Assembly: GCA_964016885.1 (NCBI GenBank)
Contig: OZ024741.1
Span: 258,664,001 to 258,728,000 of the forward strand
DNA: 64,000 nucleotides
Direction of reading: 5' to 3'
From: Eledone cirrhosa
Lineage: Eukaryota
Made by a program: the position numbers and the translations under genes. Shown in pieces: positions 60,001 to 64,000 of this stretch (positions within the stretch are counted from its first letter, which is position 1; every line of letters begins with the position of its first letter). Under the pieces are notes generated by a model. The model saw only the letters and a program-made list of their open reading frames with translations. It was not told the DNA's origin and did not search any database.

Positions 60001-61100
60001 GTTGCTGTTTTCTCTGTCAGTGCCAGTGTTGTTGTAGCTGTTGCTGTTTTCTGTGTCAGTGCCAGTGTTGTTGTAGTTGTTGCTGTTTACTGTGTCAGTG
60101 CCAGTGTTGTTGTAGTTGTTGCTGTTTTCTCTGTCAGTGCCAGTGTTGTTGTAGTTGTTGCTGTTTTCTCTGTCAGTCCCAGTGTTGTTGTAGTTGTTGC
60201 TGTTTTCTGTGTCAGTGCCAGTGTTGTTGTTGTTGCTGTTTTCTCTGTCAGTGCCAGTGTTGTTGTAGTTGTTGCTGTTTTCTCTGTCAGTGCCAGTGTT
60301 GTTGTAGTTGTTGCTGTTTTCTGTGTCAGTGCCAGTGTTGTTGTAGTTGTTGCTGTTTTCTCTGTCAGTGCCAGTGTTGTTGTTGTTGTTGCTGTTTTCT
60401 CTGTCAGTGCCAGTGTTGTAGTTGTTGCTGTTTTCTCTGTCAGTGCCAGTGTTGTTGTAGTTGTTGCTGTTTTCTGTGTCAGTGCCAGTGTTGTTGTTGT
60501 TGCTGTTTTCTGTGTCAGTGCCAGTGTTGTTGTTGTTGCTATTTTCACTGTCAGTGCCAGTGTTGTTGCTGTTGCTGTTTTCTCTGTCAGTGCCAGTGAT
60601 GTTGTAGTTGTTAATGTTTTCTGTGTTAGTGCCAGTGTTGTTGTAGTTGTTGCTGTTTTCTGTGTCAGTGCCAGTGTTGTTGTTGTTGCTGTTTTCTCTG
60701 TCAGTGCCAGTGTTGTTGTAGTTGTTGCTGTTTTCTGTGTCAGTGCCACTGTTGTTGTTGCTGTTTTCTGTGTCAGTGCCAGTGTTGTTGTTGTTGCTGT
60801 TTTCTCTGTCAGTGCCAGTGTTGTTGTTGCTGTTTTCTCTGTCAGTGCCAGTGTTGTTGTTGTTGCTGTTTTCTGTGTCAGTGCCATTGTTATTGCTGTT
60901 GTTGCTGTTTTCTGTGTCAGTGCCAGTGTTGTTGTTGCTGTTGTTGCTGTTTTCTGTGTCAGTGCCAGTGTTGTTGCTGTTGCTGTTTTCTCTGTCAGTG
61001 CCAGTGTTGTTGTAGTTGTTGCTGTTTTTTCTGTCAGTGCCAGTGTTGTAGTTGTTGCTGTTTTCTGTGTCAGTGCCAGTGTTGTTGTTGTTGTTGTTTT
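54300..61100. repeat. Tandem higher-order duplication, period ~3.39 kb, overlapping the 4.6-kb duplication
   Basis: ORF offsets 54345/57738 (3393), 56698/60087 and 57333/60722 (3389). GTTCTAGTTGTTGAT pairs at 55322+56039 and 58715+59432. CAGTCCCAG at ~56785/~60174. Confidence 0.87.
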
Positions 61101-64000
61101 CTCTGTCAGTGCCAGTGTTGTTGTAGTTGTTGCTGTTTTCTCTGTCAGTGCCAGTGTTGTTGTAGTTGTTGCTGTTTTCTGTGTCAGTACCGGTGTTGTT
61201 GTTGTTGCTGTTTTCTCTGTCAGTGCCAGTGTTGTTGTTGTTGCTGTTTTCTCTGTCAGTGCCAGTGTTGTTGTTGTTGCTGTTTTCTGTGTCAGTGCCA
61301 GTGTTGTTGTTGTTGCTCTTTTCTGTGTCAGTGCCAGTGTTGTTGTTGTTGCTGTTTTCTGTGTCAGTGCCAGTGTTGTTGTAGTTGTTGCTGTTTTCTG
61401 TGTCAGTGCCAGTGTTGTTTTAGTTGTTGCTGTTTTCTGTGTCAGTGCCAGTGTTGTTGTAGTTGTTGCTGTTTTCTCTGTCAGTGCCAGTGTTGTTGTA
61501 GTTGTTGCTGTTTTCTGTGTCAGTGCCAGTGTTGTTGTAGTTGTTGCTGTTTTCTCTGTGAGTGCCAGTGTTGTTGTAGTTGTTGCTGTTTTCTCTGTCA
61601 GTGCCAGTGTTGTTGTAGTTGTTGCTGTTTTCTGTGTCAGTGCCAGTGTTGTTGTAGTTGTTGCTGTTTTCTGTGTCAGTGCCAGTGTTGTTGTAGTTGT
61701 TGCTGTTTTCTCTGTCAGTGCCAGTGTTGTTGTAGTTGTTGCTGTTTTCTGTGTCAGTGCCAGTGTTGTTGTTGTTGCTGTTTTCTCTGTCAGTGCCAGT
61801 GTTGTTGTAGTTGTTGCTGTTTTCTCTGTCAGTGCCAGTTTTGTTGTAGTTGTTGCTGTTTTCTGTGTCAGTGCCAGTGTTGTTGTAGTTGTTGCTGTTT
61901 TCTCTGTCAGTGCCAGTGTTGTTGTTGTTGCTGTTTTCTCTGTCAGTGTTGTTGTTGTTGCTATTTTCACTGTCAGTGCCAGTGTTGTTGTTGTTGCTGT
62001 TTTCTGTGTCAGTGCCAGTGTTGTAGTTGTTGTTGCTGTTTTCTGTGTCAGTGCCAGTGTTGTTGTTGTTACTGTTGCTGTTTTCTGTGTCAGTGCCAGT
62101 CTTGTTGTTGTTACTGTTGCTGTTTTCTGTGCCAGTGCCAGTGTTATTGTTGCTGTTTTCTGTGTCAGTGCCACTGTTGTTGCTGTTGTTGCTGTTTTCT
62201 GTGTCAGTGCCAGTGTTGTTGTTGCTGTTGTTGCTGTTTTCTGTGTCAGTGCCAGTGTTCTTGCTGTTGCTGTTTTCTGTGTCAGTGCCAGTGTTGTTGT
62301 TGTTACTGTTGCTGTTTTCTGTGTCAGTTCCAGTGTTGTTGTTGTTGTTGCTGTTGCTGTTTTCTGTGTCAGTGCCAGTGTTATTGTTGCTGTTGTTGCT
62401 GTTTCTCTGTCAGTGCTAGTGTTGTTGTAGTTGTTGCTGTTTTCTCTGTCAGTGCCAGTGTTGTTGTAGTTGTTGCTGTTTTCTGTGTCAGTGCCAGTGT
62501 TGTTGTAGTTGTTGCTGTTTTCTCTGTCAGTGCCAGTGTTGTTGTTGTTGCTGCTTTCTCTGTCAGTGCCAGTGTTGTAGTTGTTGCTGTTTTCTCTGTC
62601 AGTGCCAGTGTTGTTGTAGTTGTTGCTGTTTTCTGTGTCAGTGTCAGTGTTGTTGTTGCTGTTTTCTGTGTCAGTGACAGTGTTGTTGTTGTTGCTGTTT
62701 TCTCTGTCAGTGCCAGTGTTGTTGCTGTTGCTATTTTCACTGTCAGTGCCAGTGTTGTTGTTGTTGCTGTTTTCTGTGTCAGTGCCAGTGTTGTTGTTGT
62801 TGCTGTTTTCTGTGTCAGTGCCAGTGTTGTTGTTGTTACTGTTGCTGTTTTCTGTGTCAGTTCCAGTGTTGCTGTTTCTGTTTTCTGTGCCAGTGCCAGT
62901 GTTATTGTTGCTGTTGTTGCTGTTTTCTGTGTCAGTGCCACGGTTGTTGTTGCTGTTGTTGCTGTTTTCTGTGTCAGTGCCAGTGTTGTTGTTGCTGTTG
63001 TTCCTGTTTTCTGTGTCAGTGCCAGTGTTGTTGTTGCTGTTGTTGCTGTTTTCCGTGCCAGTGTTGTTGTAGTCGTTGCTGTTTTCTGTGTCATTGCCAG
63101 TGTTGTTGTAGTTGTTGCTGTTTTCTGTGTCAGTGCCAGTGTTGTTGTAGTTGTTGCTGTTTTCTCTGTCAGTGCCAGTGTTGTTGTAGTTGTTGCTGTT
63201 TTCTCTGTCAGTGCCAGTTTTGTTGTAGTTGTTGCTGTTTTCTGTGTCAGTGCCAGTGTTGTTGCTGTTGCTGTTTTCTCTGTCAGTGCCAGTGTTGTTG
63301 TTGTTGCTGTTTTCTCTGTCAGTGCCAGTGTTGTTGTTGTTGCTGTTTTCTCTCTCAGTGCCAATGTTATTGTAGTTGTTGCTGTTTTCTCTGTCAGTGC
63401 CAGTGTTGTTGTAGTTGTTGCTGTTTTCTGTGTCAGTGCCAGTGTTGTTGCTGTTGTTGCTGTTTTCTGTGTCAGTGCCAGTGTTGTTGTTGCTGTTTTC
63501 TCTGTCAGTGCCAGTGTTTTTGTTGTTGCTGTTTTCTGTGTCAGTGACAGTGTTGTTCTAGTTGTTGATGTTTTCTGTGCCAGTGCTAGTGTTGTTGTAG
63601 TTGTTGCTGTTTTCTCTGTCAGTGCCAGTGTTGTTGTTGTTGTTGCTGTTTTCTCTGTCAGTGCCAGTGTTGTAGTTGTTGCTGTTTTCTCTGTCAGTGC
63701 CAGTGTTGTTGTAGTTGTTGCTGTTTTCTGTGTCAGTGCCAGTGTTGTTGTTGTTGTTGCTGTTTTCTGTGTCAGTACCGGTGTTGTTGTTGTTGCTGTT
63801 TTCTCTGTCAGTGCCAGTGTTGTTGTTGTTGCTGTTTTCTCTGTCAGTGCCAGTGTTGTTGTTGTTGCTGTTTTCTGTGTCAGTGCCAGTGTTGTTGTTG
63901 TTGCTGTTTTCTGTGTCAGTGCCAGTGTTGTTGTTGTTGCTGTTTTCTGTGTCAGTGCCAGTGTTGTTGTAGTTGTTGCTGTTTTCTGTGTCAGTGCCAG

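Larger units (their letters stand above)
1..64000. repeat. Continuous tandem minisatellite/satellite array; monomer GCTGTTTTCT(C/G)TGTCAGTGCCAGT + 2-7 GTT-type triplets, modal 36-39 bp; runs off both window edges
   Basis: Every line consists of this core plus a GTT/GTA/GCT/ACT/ATT triplet linker in the same orientation. No non-repeat stretch longer than a few bases was seen. Confidence 0.99.

Noticed and set aside
7628-62430. Very long Val/Ala/Ser ORFs (up to 1794 aa) and poly-Leu ORFs as membrane proteins
   Set aside because: Few single substitutions can create a stop in this frame, so long ORFs are expected. About 26 propagated plus several other frameshifts break them, and a continuous hydrophobic polymer of this length is implausible.
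1677-63364. Minus-strand Thr-rich mucin-like or Asn-rich giant gene
   Set aside because: Recurrent in-frame stops were amplified with the array (GTTTAC gives TAA in the Thr frame; GTTTTA and GTTCTA give stops in the Asn frame), along with frameshifts. No signal peptide, unique termini or exon boundaries are visible. Kept only as a low-interest finding.
1-64000. CRISPR array (24-bp constant repeat plus variable spacer)
   Set aside because: The spacers are 6-21-bp GTT triplet runs reused hundreds of times rather than unique sequences, and there is no leader or cas gene.
1-64000. Telomerase-synthesised telomeric repeat or G-quadruplex array
   Set aside because: There are no GG runs, the unit is longer than telomerase repeats I know, and rare variants are copied in kb-scale blocks, which indicates recombination or duplication.
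1-64000. Pure sequencing artefact or synthetic low-complexity sequence
   Set aside because: Rare variants recur in consistent, collinear, hierarchically nested contexts, as expected from real array evolution. Individual duplications could still be misassembled.

Overview
All 64 kb are one uninterrupted, head-to-tail tandem array (minisatellite/satellite DNA). I found no unique sequence, inversion, transposon insertion, RNA gene or credible protein-coding gene. The monomer is a 24-bp core, GCTGTTTTCT(C/G)TGTCAGTGCCAGT, followed by a linker of 2-7 GTT-type triplets (most often GTTGTTGTAGTTGTT, giving 39 bp). Units range from about 27 to 45 bp, roughly 1,700 monomers by estimate (64 kb / ~37-38 bp). 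The + strand is strongly G+T-rich (30/39 in the consensus) and the consensus has no CpG. The long ORFs (poly-Val/Ala, poly-Cys, poly-Leu, Thr-rich, Asn-rich) are by-products of the triplet-periodic repeat and are broken by propagated frameshifts. The real information lies in recurrent variant monomers, which reveal nested duplications at about 0.19, 0.3, 0.7, 2.0, 3.04, 3.39, 4.5-4.8, 7.3-7.6, 9.9, 14.8 and 27 kb, plus a left-to-right turnover of diagnostic variants. The organism and chromosomal context cannot be determined from this window; a eukaryotic origin is an inference. Boundaries and counts were read by eye and from ORF-track offsets, so they are approximate.
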